A stretch of DNA of 32,000 nucleotides from Fibrobacter succinogenes subsp. succinogenes S85 (GTDB taxonomy: Bacteria; Fibrobacterota; Fibrobacteria; Fibrobacterales; Fibrobacteraceae): positions 2,550,001 through 2,582,000 of the forward strand of contig NC_017448.1 in NCBI RefSeq assembly GCF_000146505.1, in the 5' to 3' direction. The notes beneath the pieces were generated by a model. That model did not search any database, was not told where the DNA came from, and saw nothing but the letters and a program-made list of their open reading frames with translations. Shown one piece after another: positions 13,581 to 21,011 of this stretch (positions within the stretch are counted from its first letter, which is position 1; each line of letters begins with the position of its first letter). Made by a program: the position numbers and the translations under genes.

Positions 13581-15308
13581 CTAGTTCACTTCTTGGAGCT
13601 TGAGCATTTTGCCGAAGAGGCCGCCTTTCGCTTTGAGTTCTGCGGGGGAGCCGGTTTCGACAACTTGACCGTTTTGCAGGACCACAACCTTGTCTGCATT
13701 GGCGATGGTGCGCATGCGGTGGGCGATGATGATGACGGTCTTGTTCTGCACGAGTTTCGAAATGCTCTGCTGAATCTTGGATTCGTTTTCGACGTCGAGG
13801 CTTGCGGTGGCTTCGTCGAGGAGCACGATGGGGGCGTCCTTGAGGATGGCGCGGGCGATGGAGATTCGCTGGCGTTCGCCGCCGGAGAGTGTATCGCCGT
13901 TTTCACCGATGACTGTGTCGTAACCTTGCGGGAGCTTTTGGACAAAGTCATCGCAGTTTGCAAGTTTTGCGGCTCGCAGGATTTCTTCGTCGGTGGCGTC
14001 GCGCTTACCGATGCGAATGTTGTCGCGGATGGAAGTGTTGAACAGCACGACGTCTTGGAAGACGATGGAGAAGTTTTTGAGGAGCGTTTCGGGGTCAATT
14101 CTCGAAATGTCCTGGCCGCCGAGCGTGATGGTGCCGCCTTGAATGTCCCAGAAGCGAGCGGCGAGCTTTGCGGCTGTTGTCTTTCCGCTGCCAGACGGGC
14201 CAACGAGTGCGGTGATTTCGCCTTGCTTGGCGGTGAACGAAGCCTTCTTCAAAACTTGTTTTTCTTCGTTGTAGTAGAAATCGACGTTTTTGAATTCAAT
14301 GTCGTAATCAGCGGGCTCAAACTTTGTGGAACCGCGCTGGACTTCCATATCGTCCATTTCCTTGAATCGCTTGAGACGAACATCCAAGAAGAATAGTTCC
14401 GTCATGTTGTTTAGAACGAGATAAATGGGGCTGTAAATCGTCGATGCGCAGACGATGTACACGAGGTAATCAAATACGCTTAATTTGTCTTGTGCAAGGA
14501 GGATAGAACCGAAAATGAGAACGGAAGCAAGGCCAAATTTCAGGAAAATTTGTGCACCGTTCAGGATGACTCCTGACATGAATTCGCCTTTAATCTGGGA
14601 ATGTTCATAGAATTTGGAGTGATCATCCAATGCTTTGCAGACGCTTTCTTCTTCGCAGTAGGACTTGATTTCTTGAATGTTTTCAAGGCTTTCCTGAATG
14701 TCTTCGGTAATGACGCGGGCCGCATTGTAGGTATGCTTGAAGTTTTTGAACTGTAATTTGCGGGACAAGTAAATGAGCAAGCCTGCAAATGGTGCTACCC
14801 ACAAAAGTGCAGCAGCCATCACCGGATTGTAAATGATGAGTGCGACTGCGCAGATAACGAGCATCGCGGCGACTGCGAAAATTTCAGGAACGGCGTGCGA
14901 GAAAATCATTTCAAGAGCGTTTACGTCGTTCATGATAGTCGATGTCAAGTCGGAAAGGTCTTTTTTGCCAAAGAAGGCGAGCGGGAGCTTGCGCAACTTT
15001 TCGGCAAGCGTGATGCGACGTTTTTTACATTCCGAATAGACGGATTCGTATGTGCTGTCGTAAGAGAGCGCATAGATGAAGTACATGACAAGGTAAATGA
15101 CGACCGCAATTGCTATGTAAACCCAGAAATTATGCGGTTCTGCCGACGGATTTTGCATTTTCGCCATGAATTCCTTGAGGAACAGGAATACGAACGAAAG
15201 CGGGAGCATTAACGAAAGGTAATGCCACGTTGTCCAAAATACGCCTTTGATAAATGTTTTTGTACCTTCATCAGAGAGGACAAAACGATTTTTAATCCAG
15301 TTATACAT
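13581..15308 (-). CDS. ABC transporter, fused permease/ATP-binding subunit (exporter fold), second of a heterodimeric pair
   Basis: The ORF-track start at 15476 runs into the upstream gene. The ATG at 15308 (MYNWIKNRFVLSDEG...) overlaps the upstream stop by 8 nt (ATGTATAA). Six-TM N-terminal half, Walker A GPSGSGKTT, signature LSGGERQR, Walker B IVLLDEAT. Confidence 0.9.
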   Translation of the reverse strand: MYNWIKNRFVLSDEGTKTFIKGVFWTTWHYLSLMLPLSFVFLFLKEFMAKMQNPSAEPHNFWVYIAIAVVIYLVMYFIYALSYDSTYESVYSECKKRRITLAEKLRKLPLAFFGKKDLSDLTSTIMNDVNALEMIFSHAVPEIFAVAAMLVICAVALIIYNPVMAAALLWVAPFAGLLIYLSRKLQFKNFKHTYNAARVITEDIQESLENIQEIKSYCEEESVCKALDDHSKFYEHSQIKGEFMSGVILNGAQIFLKFGLASVLIFGSILLAQDKLSVFDYLVYIVCASTIYSPIYLVLNNMTELFFLDVRLKRFKEMDDMEVQRGSTKFEPADYDIEFKNVDFYYNEEKQVLKKASFTAKQGEITALVGPSGSGKTTAAKLAARFWDIQGGTITLGGQDISRIDPETLLKNFSIVFQDVVLFNTSIRDNIRIGKRDATDEEILRAAKLANCDDFVQKLPQGYDTVIGENGDTLSGGERQRISIARAILKDAPIVLLDEATASLDVENESKIQQSISKLVQNKTVIIIAHRMRTIANADKVVVLQNGQVVETGSPAELKAKGGLFGKMLKLQEVN

Positions 15309-17064
15309 TCTTGCCTCCGATAGTCCAGCTGACGGACTGCTGATAATCTTGCCACATCTTGGCGAATACGCCGCCCTTTTCAACGAGTTCCTTGTGCGTG
15401 CCGCGTTCCATGATGCGGCCGCCTTGTACGACGAGAATCTGGTCGGCGTTAACGATGCTTGTGAGTCTGTGTGCAATCATCAAGACTGTTTTGCCCTTCG
15501 AAAGCGTTTGCAGTGCTTGCTGGATAAGGCTTTCGTTTTCGGGGTCTGCAAATGCGGTCGCTTCGTCAAGAACGACGATCGGCGCGTTCTTGAGAATGGC
15601 GCGGGCAAGGACGATTCGCTGCTGTTCGCCACCGGAGAGGTATGTACCCTTGCTACCGATGACGGTGTTGATGCCTTCGGGCAGGCGGTCAATGATTTCG
15701 CGGCATTGGGCGAGATCAAGCGCCTTGTTGACGCTTTCAATGGATGCCTCAGGAGTTCCGTAACGGACGTTTTCCAAAATACTCTTCTTGAAGAGTCGAG
15801 TATTCTGGAAAACGAATGATGTGTTTTTCATGAGGACTTCTTGGGGTATTTCCTTGATGGGCGCGCCGCCGACTAAAATTTCACCATCGTTGGCGTCGAA
15901 GAATCTCGGGACGAGCTTTGCGATGGTGCTCTTGCCGCCGCCAGATGTACCAACGAGTGCGACTGTTTCGCCTTCCTTTATTTTGAATGAAATGTCATGA
16001 AGGACTTCATTTTCTGTGCCGGGGTAGGTGAACTTGACATTCTTGAATTCAATATCGAAATGCTTGACTTCTTGCGGGTTTGTCGGTGTAGCAAGTTCCG
16101 GGTAATCTGTCAACGATTCGATGCTGCCGATGGCAAGTTTTGCCTGGTTTACGGCCTGGCTCAAGTACATGCTGCGCATGACGCACTGCGAAAATACTGG
16201 GGTTACGAGAACATAGAGCATCAAATCGACGATTGTTGCGGCGATGTTGCCGGAACTCGTTGCGATGAGGAATGTTGTGGGGACGAGGATGAGGGCGACT
16301 CCGTTGATGAGCGTCGTGTAAGAACACATGATGAACTTCCAGCTGCTGGAATATGCAGTGACCATCTGATGGTAATCATCAATTGTCTTATAAAAATTCT
16401 TGAACGAGAAAATAGTTTGTTGGAAAACTTTAACAACGGGAATGCCGCGCACATATTCGACGGCTTCGGTGTTCATATCTTCGAGCGACTTCATGTATTT
16501 TTGCATAAAGTCCTTGCTCTTGTTCATCTTGGAGCCGAGCGTGATGATGGCGTAGGCAATTGGGACGAGGGAGGCGATGCCAAGACGCCAATCGAAAATG
16601 AACAACAATACGAGCGAGGCGATGGGAACGACGATGGTCCCTGCTAAATCCGGGAGTTCGTGCGCCATGAATGTATGTGTGACGGCTGCGTTGTCGTCAA
16701 TGATTTTGCGGATGCGTCCGGTGGGATTCTTGTCGAAAAAGCCAAGCGGGAGCTTGAGCAATTTTTTCATGGTGATTCTGCGGATGTTGCCTTCGATGCG
16801 GAAGGCGACTAAGTGCGAACAGATGAGCGCTGAAAAATAGAGCACGATGCTTATGACGGAGAAAATGACGGCCATCAATGCGTAATGCTTGACCATGTCG
16901 TATGAAATATTACCTGTGTCAGCGAATAATTCACGGACGATGAGCCATACATATATAAAGGGAGCGATCCCTGCGATGGAACTCAATGATGAAAATAAAA
17001 GTGCAAACGGATATAAAATTTTTCGCGATTGCATATAAGGTGTTAGTCTTTTGAAAACACTCAT
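15301..17064 (-). CDS. ABC transporter, fused permease/ATP-binding subunit (exporter fold), first of a heterodimeric pair
   Basis: ATG start. TM-rich N-terminal half, Walker A GTSGGGKST, signature LSGGEQQR, Walker B IVVLDEAT, H-loop MIAHRL. Confidence 0.9.
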   Translation of the reverse strand: MSVFKRLTPYMQSRKILYPFALLFSSLSSIAGIAPFIYVWLIVRELFADTGNISYDMVKHYALMAVIFSVISIVLYFSALICSHLVAFRIEGNIRRITMKKLLKLPLGFFDKNPTGRIRKIIDDNAAVTHTFMAHELPDLAGTIVVPIASLVLLFIFDWRLGIASLVPIAYAIITLGSKMNKSKDFMQKYMKSLEDMNTEAVEYVRGIPVVKVFQQTIFSFKNFYKTIDDYHQMVTAYSSSWKFIMCSYTTLINGVALILVPTTFLIATSSGNIAATIVDLMLYVLVTPVFSQCVMRSMYLSQAVNQAKLAIGSIESLTDYPELATPTNPQEVKHFDIEFKNVKFTYPGTENEVLHDISFKIKEGETVALVGTSGGGKSTIAKLVPRFFDANDGEILVGGAPIKEIPQEVLMKNTSFVFQNTRLFKKSILENVRYGTPEASIESVNKALDLAQCREIIDRLPEGINTVIGSKGTYLSGGEQQRIVLARAILKNAPIVVLDEATAFADPENESLIQQALQTLSKGKTVLMIAHRLTSIVNADQILVVQGGRIMERGTHKELVEKGGVFAKMWQDYQQSVSWTIGGKNV

Positions 17065-17145
17065 AGTTACCTTCTGTTTGTTTTTCGCACCAATTTTAAT
17101 TTATTGAGGTCTTGTTTTAAAGGTTATATTAGTCATATCTAACTT

Positions 17146-17201
17146 TTTGGATTGATTTGAGTCCATTTGGAGTTGAGGCGGTCTTTTGGGATTTCTAAAA
17201 T
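17146..17201 (+). promoter_or_regulatory. Phased TTTGGA direct repeats overlapping a sigma70-like promoter candidate for the plus-strand iron operon
   Basis: TTTGGAttga (from 17146), TTTGGAgttga (from 17166) and TTTGGGA (17185-17191), with starts spaced 20 and 19 bp. Candidate -35 TTGAGG (17173-17178), 17-nt spacer, -10 TAAAAT (17196-17201). ATG at 17244 with AGGAG 6 nt upstream. Confidence 0.35.
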
Positions 17202-17243
17202 GCGGGCGAAACTTGAAAGGTGTATAAACACTAGGAGTCATGT

Positions 17244-18446
17244 ATGAACAAAAAACTTATTGCACTTACTTTTGCTGCAAGCCTTTTTGCCGCCTGCGGT
17301 AGCGATTCTTCGAGCAACGCAAGCTCTGATTCGGATGATTACAAACGCGAATTTGCAACTTCCATTTCGACCGGCGAAACAATGTTTATCGGCACGATGT
17401 CCCTCGATCACACGGATGATTTGGGCAAAGACTTTGTTGAAGTTGGTACGCGTGCAGGCGTTGTGTATTATGATAATGCCTTGTTCATCGCTGATTTGGA
17501 TGTTGGTTCTATTTCCCGTTATAGCCTGACTGAAAACAACAAGCTTGGCAAGGTGACTGCAAAGCTCTCTCTCCCGGGAACTTGGGTGAACCACATTTAT
17601 TTTGTCAACGATGAAAAGGCTTATTTGGGTGGTATGCTCGATTCCTTGATCATCATCAACCCGAAAACCATGAAGCAGACGGGTGCCATTGATCTTTCTA
17701 AGTACAAGGATAAGGACGCTCTCGTGGTGAGCCCGGGAACTGGCGTGATTGTTGACGGTCGCCTCTATGTAGGCCTCTTGCAGAACGTGAGCGATTATGC
17801 TACGGGTAACGAAGCTCAGGTCGCCATTATCGATGTCAAGAAGGACGAAGTCGTCGCTGTTGCTAAGGATGACCGCGTTGCTGCCGTGGGTTCCTTGGAT
17901 GACTCCCAGAACCAGGCATTTACCGTTATTGATGGCTATATCTACTGCTACAGTAATGCTTCTTGGGGCTACGCTCCGGGCCAGGTTGATGGTTTCCTCC
18001 GTATCAAGGTGGGTGAAACCAAGTTTGACAAGGATTATGCCTGGTATATCACGAAGGATGTCGCTATTGATGGCATTACAAAGAAGGACAATTTCAAGTA
18101 CCTCTCTCCGGCAACGTATCCGTCGGAAGATGGCTATGTCTATTCTTTTTTGAACGTGATGGTCGATTTGCAGCAGACTTGGACGGACATGGATAGCTAT
18201 CACAATAACACTTGCAAGCCGGTGCAGGTTGACCTTGCCAACAAGAAAATCAAGGCTTTGCCGATTGGTTATTCTTCGAGCTGGGCTAGCTACGGTAAGT
18301 ACGTTGAAGACGATGGCAACGTAATTTTTGCGGTCTCTACTGAAGAAGATGGCAATGCATACTTCCGCTATGATCCGAAGACGGATAAGGCTGAAAAGAT
18401 TGCCAAGTCTGAACAGATCCCGATGTGGATCGTTCCGCTGAAGTAA
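17244..18446 (+). CDS. Surface/periplasmic lipoprotein, probably beta-propeller-like; accessory to the adjacent TonB-dependent receptor
   Basis: MNKKLIALTFAASLFAAC|GSDSSS has lipobox FAAC followed by a Ser/Asp-rich linker. The body shows repeated beta-strand-rich segments (VVYYDNALFIAD, VIVDGRLYVG, TVIDGYIYCY, GNVIFAVS). It lies immediately upstream of the receptor. Family assignment (DUF4374/XusB-like or BtuG/YncE-like) is a guess. Confidence 0.75.
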   Translation: MNKKLIALTFAASLFAACGSDSSSNASSDSDDYKREFATSISTGETMFIGTMSLDHTDDLGKDFVEVGTRAGVVYYDNALFIADLDVGSISRYSLTENNKLGKVTAKLSLPGTWVNHIYFVNDEKAYLGGMLDSLIIINPKTMKQTGAIDLSKYKDKDALVVSPGTGVIVDGRLYVGLLQNVSDYATGNEAQVAIIDVKKDEVVAVAKDDRVAAVGSLDDSQNQAFTVIDGYIYCYSNASWGYAPGQVDGFLRIKVGETKFDKDYAWYITKDVAIDGITKKDNFKYLSPATYPSEDGYVYSFLNVMVDLQQTWTDMDSYHNNTCKPVQVDLANKKIKALPIGYSSSWASYGKYVEDDGNVIFAVSTEEDGNAYFRYDPKTDKAEKIAKSEQIPMWIVPLK

Positions 18447-18463
18447 TAGATGCTTTGATAAAA

Positions 18464-18491
18464 GGTGACCCCGGAACAAGTCCGGGGTGAC
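18464..18491. repeat. REP-like palindromic element (GTCACCCCGGA...TCCGGGGTGAC)
   Basis: ggtgaccccggaacaagtccggggtgac, with 8-bp stem accccgga (18468-18475) / tccggggt (18481-18488). Same CCGGAACAAGTCCGG core as 4794-4823. It lies between the lipoprotein and receptor genes. Confidence 0.7.
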
Positions 18492-18524
18492 ATTGTAAAA
18501 AAGTAGTTCTGGGTTTTATTGAAG

Positions 18525-20774
18525 ATGAATATTCGTAAGTTTGCTACTGTTTTTGCCGCTTTTGCGGCATTTGCCGTTATTTCTGCTTATGCGCAGGATG
18601 ACGAAGTTACTTCGTTCGAAGATTTTGATGAACCCGTCGCGGAAAGCAATGCGACTGATGCTTCCAATGGTGGCACTTCTGAAGTAAATGCTGCGGGCGG
18701 TTCCGCAAGTTCCGAAGATGTCACAAAGCTGGACTTGCTTTCGGTTGAAACGGAATCTGAAGCGGAGCAGGCTGCTATTGCAAAACAGGTTGAAACGGTT
18801 TCAACGATTGATGCCGCTGAATTGCAAAATACGAGCAAGAGCGTTTCTAAGGCGATTAATTCTGCGTCTGGCGTGAAAGTGCGCAAGTCTGGCGGAATGG
18901 GTAGCGAAGGCAAAATCAATATCCGCGGCATGGAAGGCAAGAACATCAAGGTGCTTGTCAACGGCGTTCCTGTCGAAACGCAGGGAAATTTGGGACTTGA
19001 CGATATTCCTATCGACCAGATTGCAGATATCGAAGTTTATAAGGGCTATATCCCGGCGCGTTTTGCTACAGACGGTGCGGGCGGTGCTATTAACATTGTG
19101 ACTAAAAAACGCCCGACAAATTCCGTGGATGCTTCTTATAGTTTTTCGAGTTTCAACACGCATAAAGCTTCCGTTGCCGCAAGCCATTTGATTGATAGTA
19201 TTGCAGGGGCGGCAAGCCTTGAAATTGGCGTGTCGGGTTACTTTAACCATTCCGACAACGATTATGAGTTTACTTCGCCGTACATGAAAAGCTCTACAGG
19301 TGCGGATACGAGCGTTGTTCGCGATCACGACCATTATACCTCTTACAATGTGCAGGCTTTTGCAAATTTGATGAACGCCTGGTTTGACCAAATTTCGTTG
19401 GGTGCAGGCTTTGGCGCATTTGACAAGCAGATTCAGGGCATTGAAAATCGCATTAAGGAAGCTGCTTCTGAAGGCTATAATTTTGGCGTTTCGTTCGGAC
19501 TGGACAAGAAGAATTTCTTTGCGAAAAACTTGAATTTCGGTGATAATTTTTCGTTTGGTTATGCCGAAAATAAAATCATCGATACGAGCCGAGTCCATTG
19601 TCGTAACTGGTTTAGCTGCGATACGGCGCAAAAGAATGTGGGCGAACTCGTGTCTATGGGGCTTCCGAGATTGCGCACGGTACAAGTGTATGATTTCAAT
19701 AACTTGCTGAATTTTGATTACCAGTTTATTAAGGATCAAAAGATTTATTGGAATACACTCATCAAGTACCACAAGGAAAATCCTGAAGACGATTACGGTG
19801 CTAAAATGGCCCAGTTTAACACGGCGGGGCTTCCGGGAGAAGTTTTCTCGATAACGACGGGACTTTCTCTTGAAAAAAATTTCTTTGATTCGCGTCTCCA
19901 GAATCTTCTCGGTTTCAAGTTCCATTACATGAAGGCTGAAATTTCGAATATGCCGACGAGCCTTCTGATTGAACCTGCGGTGGAATCGAACGACTACCAT
20001 GATTTTAGTTATGATGAAAGCTTGATGTTCAAGGTCGTAAAGCCGCTTTCTGTGAAGGCTTCGTATCAGCATGCTGTGCGCTTGCCGACTCCTGAAGAAC
20101 TCTTTGGCGATGGCATTCGCGTGAGCGCGGCGACAAGCCTCAAGCCCGAACAGGCTGATAATTTCAATTTTGGAATTTCTGTAGACTTGCAGGAATTGCC
20201 GCTTGTGACAAGGCTCCGCTTTGATGGCGATGTGTTTTATTCGTACTACAAAGATAGAATCCATTACATGAGTTCGGCACAGATGTCTACGCCTTACTTT
20301 AACATGAATCCGATTCGTGCCTGGGGCTACGAAGGCGACGTAAAGTTGGATGTCAATGAATGGGTTTTGCTCGGGACGAACTGGACTTTCCAGGACTTGC
20401 GTAACATGAAATATACGGCAAAACAGGGCGTTCCCAAGAAGGCTATTGTGCCTAACATTCCGCGATTCTTTATGAACTATCTTGCGGAATTCCATATTGG
20501 CGATTTGTTTAGCAAAGAAGACTTCTTGAAAGTCTGGTGGTCTGCAAATTATACGGATGAATATTTCTACGGCTGGAAGATTAGCTCCCGCCAGAGCCGT
20601 AAAATTAAAGCTTCGTTCACGCAGGATGTGGGCGTAGAATATTCCATTTGGGATAATAAACTGGGCTGGAGCTTTGAAGTTGATAACATCACGGATAGCG
20701 AATCGTTCGATAAGTTTGGTGAAAGTAAACCGGGTAGAAGTTTTGCAACAAAGATTCGCTACAGTTTTAAATAG
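18525..20774 (+). CDS. TonB-dependent outer-membrane receptor
   Basis: The ORF-track start at 18519 is TTG. The ATG at 18525 gives MNIRKFATVFAAFAAFAVISAYA|QDD. Plug region GVKVRKSGGMGSEGKINIRGMEGKNIKVLVNGVP. Long beta-barrel ending ...FATKIRYSFK. Confidence 0.9.
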   Translation: MNIRKFATVFAAFAAFAVISAYAQDDEVTSFEDFDEPVAESNATDASNGGTSEVNAAGGSASSEDVTKLDLLSVETESEAEQAAIAKQVETVSTIDAAELQNTSKSVSKAINSASGVKVRKSGGMGSEGKINIRGMEGKNIKVLVNGVPVETQGNLGLDDIPIDQIADIEVYKGYIPARFATDGAGGAINIVTKKRPTNSVDASYSFSSFNTHKASVAASHLIDSIAGAASLEIGVSGYFNHSDNDYEFTSPYMKSSTGADTSVVRDHDHYTSYNVQAFANLMNAWFDQISLGAGFGAFDKQIQGIENRIKEAASEGYNFGVSFGLDKKNFFAKNLNFGDNFSFGYAENKIIDTSRVHCRNWFSCDTAQKNVGELVSMGLPRLRTVQVYDFNNLLNFDYQFIKDQKIYWNTLIKYHKENPEDDYGAKMAQFNTAGLPGEVFSITTGLSLEKNFFDSRLQNLLGFKFHYMKAEISNMPTSLLIEPAVESNDYHDFSYDESLMFKVVKPLSVKASYQHAVRLPTPEELFGDGIRVSAATSLKPEQADNFNFGISVDLQELPLVTRLRFDGDVFYSYYKDRIHYMSSAQMSTPYFNMNPIRAWGYEGDVKLDVNEWVLLGTNWTFQDLRNMKYTAKQGVPKKAIVPNIPRFFMNYLAEFHIGDLFSKEDFLKVWWSANYTDEYFYGWKISSRQSRKIKASFTQDVGVEYSIWDNKLGWSFEVDNITDSESFDKFGESKPGRSFATKIRYSFK

Positions 20775-20789
20775 AAGGAGTTTGTAAGA

Positions 20790-21011
20790 ATGTGTTTGTC
20801 TGAATTGCAGGAAAATCAAAAGGGTTTGATTCAAAAGATTAACGGGGATTCCCGCTTTATTTCTCGCGTGGTTTCGATGGGACTTCCGCCGAGCAGTCCG
20901 TTCTTGGTACTGCAAAATGATGGTCGCTCTCCGGTTCTTGTGTATTCGCACGATACGATGATTGCGATTAACCGCAAAGAATGCATGCAGATTGACGTGG
21001 AGATGGCATGA
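20790..21011 (+). CDS. feoA: Ferrous iron transport protein A (FeoA)
   Basis: 73-aa SH3-like FeoA pattern (LSELQENQKGLIQKINGDSRFISRVVSMGLPPSSPFLVLQND). AAGGAG RBS. ATGA overlap with feoB. Confidence 0.9.
   Translation: MCLSELQENQKGLIQKINGDSRFISRVVSMGLPPSSPFLVLQNDGRSPVLVYSHDTMIAINRKECMQIDVEMA

Noticed and set aside
13586-14203. A 205-aa Ser/Pro/Thr/Ala-rich ORF on the same strand but in a different frame inside the ABC nucleotide-binding domain; also the Gly-rich 97-aa ORF (23412-23705) antisense to the TonB proline-rich spacer
   Set aside because: Both are alternative-frame readings of strongly conserved or low-complexity coding sequence. Their composition is exactly what frame-shifting of the host gene predicts, and neither has an independent translation signal.
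15309-15476. Upstream extensions of ORF-track starts: 15476 for the second ABC gene, 11585 (ZIP), 11640 (hydrolase), 18519 (receptor), 23236 (tonB), 24487 (exbD) and 7647 (GNAT)
   Set aside because: Reading the codons shows that the starts at 11585, 11640, 18519, 23236 and 24487 are TTG or GTG. The extensions at 15476 and 7647 run deep into the upstream gene. In every case an internal ATG gives a canonical N-terminus (signal peptide, the ExbD MAKRRRR start, and so on) and typical 1-8-nt operon overlaps.
17065-17243. Searched for a Fur box in the divergent iron-locus promoter, and also in 23039-23244 upstream of tonB
   Set aside because: AT-rich stretches such as caattttaatttattgag and aattgttgattcat match the GATAATGATAATCATTATC consensus at too few positions and lack dyad symmetry. 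I cannot support a Fur site by eye. A matrix scan would be needed.
17238-20951. Very long antisense ORFs: 413 aa opposite the lipoprotein gene and 716 aa opposite the TonB-dependent receptor. Similar ones lie opposite hsdR, the hydrolase, both ABC genes, feoB, exbB/exbD, the RND gene, the LolA-like gene, the barrel and the AraC gene.
   Set aside because: I checked the phase. Antisense codons (for example 20949-20951 and 18477-18479) are exactly aligned with sense codons (both start coordinates divide by 3). An antisense stop therefore requires a sense TTA, CTA or TCA codon, and these genes rarely use those. The antisense proteins are Arg/His/Ile/Phe-rich with no motifs. This is a codon-usage artefact, not overlapping genes.
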